Source of the DNA: Phoronis australis
Taxonomy: Eukaryota > Animalia > Phoronida
Assembly (NCBI GenBank): GCA_002633005.1
Contig: NMRA01001075.1
Location: forward strand, 16,985-59,555
DNA: 42,571 bases
Reading direction: 5' to 3'
Program-made: the position numbers and the translations under genes
Notes under the pieces: generated by a model
What the model was told of the DNA's origin: nothing
Database searches by the model: none
What the model saw: the letters and a program-made list of their open reading frames with translations, nothing else
In this document: piece by piece, positions 12,561 through 24,479 of the stretch
Position numbering within the stretch: position 1 is the first letter of the stretch
How the letters are laid out: each line of letters starts with the position of its first letter

Positions 12561-13140
12561 TAACCTTTCAAACACGTAAACGTATTGGTTGACTCGTGTG
12601 ATTTAGTGCATTTGCTGCCCTTACAAAACTCATTTGGTTCTTACCTGGATTTCTGTGCGTGTAGCTCTCTCATTATATCTCGGCTCAAATATGAAATAAA
12701 TGTTTGGGTATTTGGAGATTGCACAAGGTTAAAATGTTGCAAAAAGCTGTACGAAATATCAAAAAATCCCAGTTTCTTAGCTACACTTGCCCTATTTGAA
12801 AAGTTTTACTACAGAGGTATAAACCAAATTTTCTCTAGATACTTTCTCGACATAGAATTTATCCAAGAATATTGGCTTTTTCGAAAAAACATGCGCAAAA
12901 CAGCACCATCACAATTTGTCTGTTACATTACCTATTAGTACGAACTATCGACCACCATACGCTATGCATCCAACGAAAAAACTTCAGCACAAAATAGATC
13001 GTAACACCATTTGTAATATCTTTTGAACCACTTTTTCCTTCTCACCCCCTCCCCCTTGCCTCCCCCCTCCCATAAGTCAAACGTTATTTTGACGAAATCA
13101 AAGCGAGTACATACATAGCGTCTTTGTTTTCAAACGGAAC
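12561..13140. mobile_element. Possible old non-autonomous DNA transposon
   Basis: Weak inverted similarity between the ends: CCTTTCAAACACGTAAACG..ACTCGTGTGATTT versus reverse-complement CCGTTTGAAAACAAAGACG..ACTCGCTTTGATTT. Confidence 0.3.
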
Positions 13141-13487
13141 GTTTTAGACGTTATAAGCTACATCTAGCGTGGAACCACGGAACCAGCCGTTTTCCTTCGA
13201 CACAAAATACCTAGCTTCCTGAGTACTCAGTCTCAACTATTAATCATTTTTGTACGTCAGGAATACATTTTATTTGTTAAATGCACGACACTTTTCATTG
13301 TTCAGTCTTTATTCCGTTACGTTTGTACTTTCGGAACAAAAATCTACTCTCAACTGAACATAGATACAGTAACAGTGTCGTGCATTTAACAAATTCTGAA
13401 TAACCGAAAACTTGCTCCCGAAGTACAGCCACTTAAGAATACATATAAGAATGGAAGCAGAATGCAGCTAAAATTTAGAATACCTAC

Positions 13488-13763
13488 GGTCAGTGCATTG
13501 GAATTCCATGTGAATCTCTCTATAGCTGCTTGCGTCAGCGTAAGTATACTGGTGAACACTGTTCATCCAATGTTTGCTCCAAAGTGTACACGCTTGGCTC
13601 TCCTCGTGGAAATCTGCTGATTGGCAGGTGGCTGTGGCAATACAGTGGGCCAGACACGCCATCTGGTTGTTAAATGTACGCGTTGTGGTTTCAAGGTAGT
13701 AGCCAATTAACTTCTTCTTATACAAGAACTGTATATTGAGCTTTTTCGAGCCGCAGCTTCTGT
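13488..13763 (-). CDS. Exon 4: PAN/apple domain 2
   Basis: Acceptor ttttgcag|AC, donor ACC|gtaggt, 276 nt, phase 1-1. Reads ACLAHCIATATCQSADFHEESQACTL...HMEFQC. Confidence 0.88.
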
Positions 13764-14321
13764 CTGCAAAAATGAAACTCACATTGTGATTATATAGGTT
13801 CATCAGAACCGTCTCATTATTGCGATTTTACCGATTTTGAGAGCAATGGAGCGTATTACGTGTTGCATGACATATTTTACAGGTTTTACTACAAAACCAA
13901 CGAAAAAGTGGAAGAATGTGTAATAAAACATGATAGGACGAGTAGTAACTTAGTTGCGAATCCGGATGGCCTAAAACGGTGTATTAATTGTAAATGTGAA
14001 TCTAAAAAACTGGTTGACTGCAAGAATAAATATTCCGCGTGTTTTAGAAACATTAACGGTGATAGATAGAATGAGGCAAGATGCACTTTTTAACAGATGG
14101 TGGGATAATTATTTCTGGAATGGCACTTACCGGATACGAGGTTGACCTGAAGTGGATTTTTGAAGATAAAATATGCAAATGAGAAGGCACAATACGGTGT
14201 TTTTTCTATCTGCACATATCACACTTTCGTTTGTCAGCTAGAACGTTTTCCTTTGAAGATCTATACTCTTATGTAACAATCAAGTGATTTCATGGTCGAC
14301 TTCAAACACAACATTTTATAC

Positions 14322-14567
14322 CTGGAATATTGTCAGTCGTCTTCACAAAAACTAAGCAGCAGGTGTCGCTCCCTGTCGTGTACTTCACGGAAGTATCAAA
14401 GAGTTTGCACTGACTACTTCCGATGTCCCACTGCGCAGCAGCACACGACGATGTGTCCTTGCAAGAGTCGGAACACGACCGCATTGTCGTTGAATCAACA
14501 GTCTGGGCGGATCCGGATATTATAGCAACCTTCTTTTTAGAGTTTCTGATCATAACTTCAATGTTAC
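14322..14567 (-). CDS. Exon 3: PAN/apple domain 1
   Basis: Acceptor tttgcag|GT, donor CAG|gtataa, 246 nt, phase 1-1. Reads SCSDSCKDTSSCAAAQWDIGSSQCKLF, the C-x3-C-x5-C...C PAN core. Confidence 0.85.
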
Positions 14568-15228
14568 CTGCAAAGGACGTTTAAGAAAGTCAGAAATTGA
14601 ATCAACCCGCTGCACAGAGTGATCCTAATAAAACTATATTTTATACATATAACATACTCGAGTTAAAATTCCCACATCCATAATCGAAAATACGGCCTAC
14701 GAATGCTTAGACAAGTGTATTTTAGCACTACCTTAGCATAGATTGCAATGATTTAAACCAATGACTGTTATGAAACTGCAGGTTTTCAAAATACTCTTTG
14801 CGTGTACTTAAATTGGAGGTAATTTTAGGGGACTTCGTTGTTGCTTGAGCCCGAGGGTGTAAACTCTGTACTCGAAATTTGACACGAAAATTGACCAGTC
14901 GGATAGCATGACAACTTACAAACTTTCTAAAATAATGGCGCGTGATTGGCGCACATTTTATGAGCTTCGATTGCAGAAATAAATTGATTTGGGAACAAGA
15001 TGAGAACAACGCTATCGAGGCAAGTGGTTCCAAAGAATAACAAACTGTCAGTTCTTAGTTTACTCAGAGATCAATTCTCATTTGAGTAAGGACCAAGGTG
15101 GGACAATAATATAGCGTCAAACCTCTTCAGACAAATGTTTGCAACATGGGCGTAACGCAGATTGACAGAAAGACCTACACGACAGTTAGCAGTTGCACAG
15201 TGTACAGGAACCTGTCGACCTGACTTAC

Positions 15229-15450
15229 CAGGCACTGACAAGAAGAGTTTTTCGGTATCCGGTGCAGTGAGACAAGTCCCTGCGGGCTCACTCCAAACTC
15301 CCTCATTACACGTGAGAACCTTCTCCGTCTGGTGGTCTTCAAAGACATAGCCAGTGTTACAGGTGTACTTGACTTGGTCGCCACTGTCCACTTGCCCGCT
15401 TAGAGCATCATTGGTGCTGTAAACCACGTTGGTTACATCACACGTCGTAA
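15229..15450 (-). CDS. Exon 2: CCP/sushi domain
   Basis: Acceptor tgttacag|TT, donor CTG|gtaagt, 222 nt, phase 1-1. Reads TTCDV...GDQVKYTCNTGYVF...LTCNEGVWSEPAGTC, with the four Cys, the Y-x-C-x-x-G-Y motif and the Trp of sushi domains. Confidence 0.9.
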
Positions 15451-18400
15451 CTGTAACACATTTATAGTGACCATTTTAATGCAGAAATGAGTGTAGCACC
15501 AATTTCAAAGTACCCTATCTTGGTGCAAAAACGAGTCGCAATTCCAAAACCAATTGGTGTAACATCTGGATATCAAATACTGGCTCTTTTCTATGTTATG
15601 TGTATATGTATATCTGCATGAACGCAGCGAGAATTCACAACAACGTGTTAGACTTGTGGACAAGGGTTCCGTTCCAAGAAAACTGACATAGCTAAGACAA
15701 ATCTTAAACTTCAATATACTCAAATTTGCCCAAGACCAGTTCAAGAAAGACATGTTCAGTATGGCTTAAAATATTTACTTAAATTTTTGCCTTAATTCTG
15801 TCTATTTTCCCAGATGTAAACTCTTCAAAGTTTGGAAATTGAGTCAAAACTTAGACTTGTACACTGTAGTATATGTTTTTAATGACCACTAGGAGGTGCT
15901 TCAGTGGTCGAACCAGACCAAAAATCCTGCGCTTTAGCGCATTTCCTTCACACACCTCTGACTCAAGTTTTTTTGAAATCCGGCAATAAATTCTCTAGGT
16001 ATACGATGCGGAAATACTCTTTCCCTAAACAACATCAACCGTCTTGAAAAGCTTCTTGTCGAGACCGAGATGGTGTTGGCACAAGTTCATCATACAACAC
16101 TGTGTACATGTAGATTTTACAGTAAAACTTCATTGAAGACAGTCAATGGGCACCCTAAGTAGCATCCAAACAATCTTTCCCTAAACAAGAGTAGAAAATT
16201 CCCTTCTTGCGAAGCCTCAGACCCAAACAGAAGGATCCGTTGCATTGGCATAACATTATTGTTCCGAGTTGCCTTGACATCTTCAATTGTGTATTTAGAT
16301 GTCATTTGAATTGCTCTTTCACCAAACAATACATGACAACCTCTTGAGAACTTAATGGTCACTAGAACGTGTTGCAATTGTCGAATCCCGGCAAAAATAT
16401 TAATGGTGTTGTTGCAATGAAATCACACACCTGTGTTTTGTAAAATCCGTCATCTATTCAAATGATATGTTGTAGAAATGGTCTTTCCGAAAATGGACAC
16501 TAAGAGGTGTTGCAGTGGTCAAATCGTATAACCCTATGTCAAGTTTTATCGAATTCTGGCAATCGGATACCTTGATTGATGCACAATGTACTATCTTCAG
16601 GAAATGGATGTATAAAAATAAAGAATCATACGTTCGTCTCACTGATATGGCAAAAATTCTTGGAATTTCTTCTAACTCGCGAGGCTAAACATCGTAAGGC
16701 TGTCAAACGTGATTACAATCACTAATATGTACATGTACATGTACAGTCAGAAGCGGATGAAATGAAATTAACTTGGTTTAAATCGGAGCGGCTCGTAATA
16801 CAAAAGGACTATGAAACGACTAGTATAAAGCAGAGAAATATTTTGAATTAATACGAATAACATTTCTAAATGTTCAATAAAAGTATTATACAAATTGAAA
16901 CTATACTTGTCCGTCATCGTCAATTTTGGCGATGGCTCTTGAAAAGCTTTCGTTGAAACCAAATTGTTTTCCACGAGTGCATCTTTCAACAGCAAAATCA
17001 AAAAAGCAAAACGGTTTCCTTAATGAACGCAAGGGTGTTGTCAATGGTGCTTCAGAGCGTGTAGCAAAGGGGGGCATTTTTATCTAGACAAAAAGTCCGT
17101 TTTCAGTTTTCAAGTTGGGTTTTAAGCAAAAGTAGAATTATCTTCTAGTCTCATAAAGGCTATGATACGACTCAAAATGTAACAATTTTGTAAAACGTAA
17201 CAACTGTTACATTTTATGTCATTGTTACATTTTACGTCGCCAGGCCTCTCCTTATATGTAACAAGTTATTACATTTTATGTAATTGTTTTGTTATCATTT
17301 ACGTCAAATGCACATGCAAGAAAATAAATGTACCATTGTTTCATTTTATGAAAGTGACGTCATATTTCATGAGTTTGTGTGGCACTTGTCACATTGAGGT
17401 AGACCGTTCACACACTTAACGCCTTCTTTCTCGGATTGTGTGAATGATATTTCATCAAATGTCCCAGGTCGATTTTATAGATGTGTCTCTATGTACTTTT
17501 CACGTTTTTAACATGAGTAGTTTTATGGCATATTCAAAATGTACAACGTACAGTTTCAAATCCACTCGAAAAGAGTTTCCAGGATCAGGTACCAAGTTAA
17601 AGCGTTCTTGTAATCTTTTTGACGCTCACAGGTCCTAAACCGACTGTGTATCCGGCACTAGAGTAAATACACTTCCCCTCGTAAGCACAACAATGACATC
17701 CTATTTGGCTAATGTTTATCGTATTTCTTACCGAACGAACAACAATAACAAAACTTTTTATGGCGAGTTCAATTTCGGAAGCCAGTTTGATAGAGAAAAC
17801 ACCAGTTTTAGTCCACGATAGTTTGGTTTATTTTAGCCAGTGTTTTATTGTCCTGGACTCGTTGCCAATGCAGTAATTATGCCGTGGTTTACACAAAAGA
17901 AGCAAAACCAAAGTTTCTGGTGCGAACGGGTGTTGTCTACCACCTTAGTTACGAGTGACAATTTCTTAAAGAAATAAAACCATGTATTTATTTACCGGAG
18001 GGTTGACAGACTTTGTTAGAACAACAGAAAAATATTGCTGTTGAGATTGGCGAGAAAAAAGTGGTGCCATAGTAACGAAAGAAGTTTCATTCTTCCTTTG
18101 ATACCAAATGGTGGCAGCAACAGGTCAAACTGTGACGTACGTAAAAATGAGAAGCCTAGCTGGGGAAATAGAAAATATTTTGCACTCTGAAAAGACATGA
18201 TCACTTTGCTCAAACCAGGTCTAGATCGATAGTTTAAAGGGGCAATTATCCAAAAAAGCTGACCGTCGGCGTTTCAGACTATAAAAACACTCACTTTTTC
18301 TTTCTATTATCTTTTAAGATAAAGTATGAATTAAAATTGCTTTTTGGTCAATGGTCGTTAGTTCGAAGTACTTATAAATGCAGACAAAGATTGGACATTT

Positions 18401-19188
18401 CATTATTAATGGACGTGAATTCATGTGTCTCATGAGGTTCCAGCTGGCAAATAAGGCAGTTTCGTATATTGATCATTTTGATGCATTGCATTAAAGGCTG
18501 GTATTGACATCGCTGACTTCGACGTCAGCGGTTTTTGTTCCATACAATCCGCTTTCAATGAAATCTAATTCAAATCATTCTGTGAAATCACTATAGTTTT
18601 CTAAGAATATTGAAGCCCATTCCACATAAAATTTTGCGTGTCCGTTACCAGCTATGCTAATGATTCGGTGACCACAGCCGACTAGTCGCAAGTTCTCGAA
18701 AATTGTCTGCCTCCAGAGTTCAAATTAACGCAATATTTAAACTTACACAAAATCGTGGAACGACCCCCAGTTCTTCGAAAACGAGTGTTTTCAAAAAAGA
18801 AACAATATTGCAATCTGAATTTAGTTCTTTGTGGTAAATTACAGTTCGATATAGTCATATTTACAAAGAATACAATTCTTGCCGATAATTCAGAAATAAT
18901 CGATTTTTGAAGTTGATGCACGCCTAAACAAGATTTTAAATCTCAACCTCCTCGTTTCCAAAAAATAAGCCTACTCTGCATCTACAGGGGTCAAGGCGTT
19001 CCTCACAATATCGTTAAAGCTGAACATAGGAACCCCTTAAAAATCCGTTTGGAACAGTCTCTTATGGAAAGCCCGATGACAACATTGAACCATAAATGAG
19101 ATGATTTTAAAATCTTTGAGGACAATGATGTATTAGCACTTTGCTAAACATGCATTGTTTCCTCCTTAAATCAATATTAAAATATTAA

Positions 19189-19320
19189 AAAATAATAACA
19201 ACAACAACAACAACAACAATAATAATAATACCGATAACGTATTAGTATTAGTAGTGATAGTTGTAATAGTATTATTAGTAGTAACAGTAGCAATAGTGAT
19301 GTAGTACTAACAAAAAATGA
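19189..19320. repeat. (AAT)/(AAC)/(AGT) microsatellite
   Basis: Visible directly. Confidence 0.9.
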
Positions 19321-19415
19321 TAATAGGTAGCCAAATTCGTGTCGTGTCAGTCAGGAGGGCATTCCTGTAGAAATTATATACGAAAAGGGCTGCCCAAAAG
19401 GGTGTTTTTGTCACA

Positions 19416-19490
19416 GAAAAGAGAGACGGAGAAAGGGAGGGAAGGGGAAAGAGAGAGGAGAGAGCGAGAGAGAGAAAAAGGGGTAAAGAG
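19416..19490. repeat. GA-rich purine tract
   Basis: Visible directly. Confidence 0.85.
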
Positions 19491-20149
19491 AATAATCTTA
19501 GACCGCTCCCTAGTACTAACCTGATTGAGACAAAGAGTGCGCCTGAGCACTTACTCCTCCGGACTTTGCAAGTAGTAATATCAACTTAATTGTCGTGAGC
19601 TTTACGCCAAACGCCGTTAATTACAAAACTTTGACAGTCGACTTCCGGTGGAAACTGCATTGCGAGAACAACTCAACACAAAGGAACTTGCACGAAAACT
19701 ACGTTTATTTTTAAATTGCGTGAGTGATATTGATTACAGTATACTGGTCAGGTGATTGTCTCACGGGTTGGACAATGCCTTGCATTTACATGTACACAAG
19801 GCGCTGGCCACCGGATGTCCATCCACATTTAAATTGACGAAGTCCTACGGTAATGATTTAATCGCATCGAACCAATGCAACGTTCAATGTTTAGTGAGCT
19901 GTATTTTTATCAATTTTAAGAAAACATTCAGGGCAACAAATTTCTCCACACATTTTTAACACATGTTCATTAAGCAATGGGTTTCGCATAAGCAAACAAA
20001 AATTATTCGTTTGAAAAATGAGAAAACTTTAAATAATAAAAATCAAAATTTTCCCAAGATTCAAATTCTAAAACTTGAAAACGTCTTTCATCGGATGTAA
20101 TAGTTTCCATTACAATTACTCCTGTTATTGCGCTCTTATGTATGCAACC

Positions 20150-20466
20150 TTATATTCGTGTTTAATGTCATCGTTCTTGTTTCATATATCTTACACGAAA
20201 GCGTTTATTTGCCTTTGATGACTGGTGTATAGTCGAAGTACCGCTACTGTTTTATTTTGATATGTTTTGTACAGAGTTTTATTATATATTTACTCAATGC
20301 GTTCGTGATGCCTCTTACACTGGGCGACCTATTATATCAAATACCATCCGATGAAAGACACTTGTGTAGACACTACGAAAGTTTATTTTACAAACTAATT
20401 GAAGCAACGAAAAGCTTACTTTTCAATGCAACACACACATATATATATATTTATATATGTATATAG
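20150..20466 (+). mobile_element. Penelope-type pLTR fragment of a second family
   Basis: Degenerate hammerhead-like stem, then a Penelope-type ORF start MPLTLGDLLYQIP...RHYESLFYKL...LLFNAT, ending in a (CA)/(TA) microsatellite. The left boundary is approximate. Confidence 0.6.
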
Positions 20467-20486
20467 GAATGTGGTCAATGTTAGTT

Positions 20487-22332
20487 TTAACTCGTTTTTT
20501 CAACTTGTGACACATAAAATTCAGCGAAAGTTGGGCTTAATGGTGAACCCATACTAACACCATCTTGCTGCAAAAATTTTTCACCATTTACATGTCGAAA
20601 TGGTACCTTCGTAGTGCAAGTCAATAGCATTTCTTTAAGTATGTCCTTAGAAATTTTAGGAGGTTTCAAATTTGGATGCTTAGAGACATTGTTAATAATA
20701 ATATCTATGGTTTCAAGTACTGGGACATTGGTGAATAACGACTCTACATCCAGTGACATTGGTTGGCAGCTAGTAATAGGTACAGTGGTACGCAAAATCT
20801 CAAGAAAGTCATCGCGTGACTTGATACCATACTAACGTTGAATTTACAGTTTTATAATCTGATCAATACGTTTAGACACTTTATATTATGTAGGTGTTAA
20901 TACTTTAGAGATGACAGGTCTCATTGGATTATTAACTTTATGCGTCTTAGGGTTGCTATGAAGATAACCTTCAGAGAAATCACCTTCGATCTCATTAAAG
21001 AACTTCCTACTTGCTTGTCTATTCACCGTCTTGATATGACTGGTGAGATCCCTTTTTATATTAAGTATGGGCGTACGACTAACCGACTCAAATTCACTGG
21101 AATCGCTTGTTAGCTGAGTAAGTTTGTCAAAATAATCACTGCTGTCCAGCATTACATATCAGCTCGACAAATTAGAATATTTTTGTTCTCTTTCAAACGT
21201 TTGAAAGCATCAGTAAGACGACGTGGTAGAGTGCGTTGACAACTATTACTACTACGCTTAGTGCTTTCCGCTCTTAGCTGGTCACGGATGTCAGGATTTA
21301 TTCCGCGATACGTGGAATAATGTCGAGTGGGATATTACTTCATGTACGCCAATCGAGGTACGTTCTGTATTTATCCCGTGCGCTACGAATTCATAGGTTT
21401 CTTACATTTTTTCGGCAGATTTTTCAAATACTTCACCCACACTGTTCACATGGCGGATCTCATCCTACATGTATGTACTTGCGCGTAAGGTTGTAAGTTT
21501 TCTCTTGTAAAAGAAACAGCTTTAAAAGTAACAATTTATTTCTTGAAAAGAGATAGAAAAAATGAAAACAACGGCGACTGTGCAGTTAAGTTGTACCAAC
21601 GCCATTTGATATTTTGATTTCCTAGGAATCGGCGCCTGAGTTGCAGACGATATGGTATTCAGCAACTGAAAACTGAGACATAAGTGTCTTGTAATGAACA
21701 GTTTTGTTCCAGGTTTTACGTTTAGCACCTGATTGCATGTGTAGTGTTAGTTACACTGCTGCAACAGTATTACGTTAAACTATACTCGGAAAGTTTGATG
21801 ATCGATCCGGCTGAAGGCGTTGAGTCGACATAAACCTACATGTACCTTTTGAACTTTCCATTTCAGAGGTCGCTGTTGAAGTAGTGCGGGAGGTGAATAC
21901 GGAAAACCTTATTACATAGCCGTATTTCCCTCGACAGATTCAACGCGCATGGGATAAGAATGTTCCAGTTCCACTGTCTTTCTATAACAATTGAATTTTG
22001 GCTTGATGTGGTAATTTGATCCTAAACATAGAAAGTCACGGTTATCGTTATCCGGTTTCTAATGGGAATGTTGAGGTAAGTAACACGTTGCCTGTAGTAT
22101 TGGAATCACTGATTTCTGAGAGGACACACGTGCGTTTCTTAACAAATTCATCACGAGCTTGTGTTGCACGATCGTATTCACGCAGAACCAGCTTGTGTCT
22201 GTATTCATATGTGAAATGTCCTGTACTTTGATCTGTTTTTACTAGTTTAATTTCAGTTCTTTCAAACTCTCTAAGTAGAGATTTTGTCTTTACATCACAA
22301 AAGTGCAATAAAAATCCAAATGACATCAGTAG
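20487..22332 (-). mobile_element. Penelope-like element: decayed ORF N-terminus and reverse transcriptase, inverted and interrupted
   Basis: RT motifs SNPKTHK..PMRPVISKV.TPT, SLDVESLFTNVPV.ETI and QQDGVSMGSPLSPTFA. Upstream are DQLRAESTK...LKENKNILICRAD and the ORF start MSFGFLL...REFERTEIKL. There are several stops and frameshifts. About 21310-21940 looks like unrelated inserted DNA. Confidence 0.9.
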
Positions 22333-23262
22333 GTATCAATATCATGTACAAACATTTACTGGTAATGTTAAAACACTGTTCTACAAAAACTGTATATCCA
22401 AAAGTTATGTACAAGATGAACAAGTCCTAAAGAACATAATCTATAATAATGTAAAAGTTGTTAGTCCTTATGACAAACAATATATAATTATTTATTACAA
22501 GAGTATGAAGACCTCTAATTTAGTGATGAGAAACAATATTAGTCGTGAGAAGGTCCGCACTGTTGCTAGATGTAATGTTTATGAGTTTACTTGTCCCGCG
22601 GTCAAATGTTTTCGTCCTCATCAGAAACTAAATTACATTGGGCACACAGTGTGTTCCTAATCGCGACGACTTTCGATGCTTTACAAAACGGCTCAATTAA
22701 AGACCATTTTCAAAACGTTAATGGTCGCAAGATAACTCGTCAGGAGCTTGTCGACAATACAGTCATTAGATACATTGCAAATAATGTACACAGGTTTCAA
22801 ACATTAGAGTCGCTTCTAATAATGTTTGAAAAACCAAGCTTGAATGAGCAGCTAATTGGAACTCGAAGTTCTCTATCATTATTTAGGTGATCTGTAGATT
22901 ATGATGTACTGCAATAAATGTGCATTCCAAGTATATTTATATACATGTATGTGTGTTTTTAGTCGTCGTTGTTGCACATGCCAACTTCAAGTGTTACATT
23001 GCATTTCTTATTTCTGATGTGAACTAGTTGTACTTAGTAGCCTGAAGATGAGATATGTGTCTCGAAATTTTGCTTTTTAAATTATGTTATCTACTGGTGT
23101 CGTTTGGATTTTTATTGCACTGCTGTGATCTAAAGACAAAATTTCTATTTAGAGAGTTTGAAAGAACTGAAATTAAACTAGTAAAAACAGATAGAAGTCC
23201 CATCTTCAATGAAATATGTATACGAGAAAGATTGCTGCCAAATTATAGTGATATATATTCGT
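22333..23262 (+). mobile_element. Penelope-like element 3' part: GIY-YIG endonuclease remnant plus pLTR
   Basis: NVYEFTCP...NYIGHT (about 22574-22648), then GSIKDHF...LESLLI..EKPSLN in a shifted frame. This is followed by a hammerhead-like motif, a repeat of the ORF start (SFGFLL...FNEICIRERLLPNYS) and a (TGTA)-type microsatellite. Confidence 0.88.
23037..23090 (+). ncRNA. Penelope pLTR hammerhead-like motif, possibly decayed
   Basis: CUGAAGA-U, stem II GAGAU/GUCUC and GAAA, in the expected position just before the pLTR ORF start. Stems I and III are weak and the cleavage triplet is ambiguous. Confidence 0.55.
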
Positions 23263-23331
23263 GTGTATGTATGTATGTAGATATGTACATGTATGTACAT
23301 ATGAATGGTATGTATACATCGGTAAAGTTTG

Positions 23332-23486
23332 CAGTGGCGGATTTAAAGGGGGCCAAGAGGCCCATGGTCCTCCTAAAATTCTCCAAGACACCATTTGGAG
23401 GTTCGGAGGTATGAAGGTCTGCTGGGCAAAATCCAGGCTAATATACTGCCGTGGCTCCCAAATTAAAAATCCTGAATCCGCCACTG
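23332..23486. mobile_element. 155-bp MITE with hAT-like termini
   Basis: CAGTGGCGGATT...AATCCGCCACTG 12-bp perfect TIR. No clear TSD is retained. Confidence 0.75.
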
Positions 23487-24479
23487 TCTTAGTAGCAGCC
23501 GTTCTTTGACACAAACATAGTGGAAGGCACAACTGTTTTGTTAGACAGATTTATATACAAAAGTTGGATAACATCGGAACACCGTATCTCACAAATGACA
23601 TATCGGATTCACAAGAATCATTCAATTACTAACTTAAGTTGGGTTTACTGTTCTTCGGAAACAAATTAGGGATTGATTTAAAATGCCCCATTTTTGTATG
23701 AATGGTTGTCAAAAGCAGTGCTGTATTAGGGCGTGGGCCCACTTAGGCACAGCCAACCATTTTTTTGCTTCTTAACGTACCGCCTGCCTACCGTAAGTCA
23801 CGGTCTAGTGCAGCCAACCATCCTTTTATATTTTATCGTTGCAACCACATTTTTAAATGTTAGCAGAGCGTCTACGTAATTGACGGTATAGATGTACAGT
23901 AGAGGGGCGTAGCCTCGATGCGATAACATGCAGCATCAATGCGCTACGCTGACGATACTCTCTGACAGAACGACACCTATATTGAAAAGTGGCCCTGTGG
24001 AAACATGATCAACAGCACAAGGAGTTTCGTGTGTGGGCATCAGTGTGCATGCTTGGTCGGAAGTTTACCCATCACATCGCCACTACTTGCACGCGGATTT
24101 TATGCACAGTGCGTGTACTTGTTTGGGCGTAAGTCAATGATCGGGATTTTGTTTACTTCGATTATTGCCCGTTTCAATAAATTGTAACTATATAATTTAT
24201 TTTTGAACGCCATACTACGTAACAGCAAACCGAAAGGGGTTTCCCAGATTTGAACCAATAGGAATGCCTGAATATCATGACGTGGTTGAACCCACGTTAA
24301 ATATCATGCCACAGTGCTACCTTTGATATTCCGCTGTTTTCGGATGTTTAAACAGTTGACGATTTATTAAGACAAACACAAATATATAACACTATAAAAC
24401 TTAGCCCAGAAAGCGCACTTAGCATTACATCCGGGCTTTGGGCAATGAACACACATTAATACATGAGAATATTAAACTG

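Noticed and set aside
15720-16010. Possible Helentron-like fragment
   Set aside because: Its composition resembles the 28-kb element, but I found no terminal hairpin or defined ends.
17995-18213. Alternative signal-peptide exon MKLLSLLWHHFFL...
   Set aside because: It hits TAA before the nearby donor, and nearby acceptors give stops in the required phase.
22600-22630. CUGAUGAGGACGAAA on the minus strand as a hammerhead
   Set aside because: There is essentially no stem II and no convincing stems I or III. It lies antisense within GIY-YIG coding sequence.
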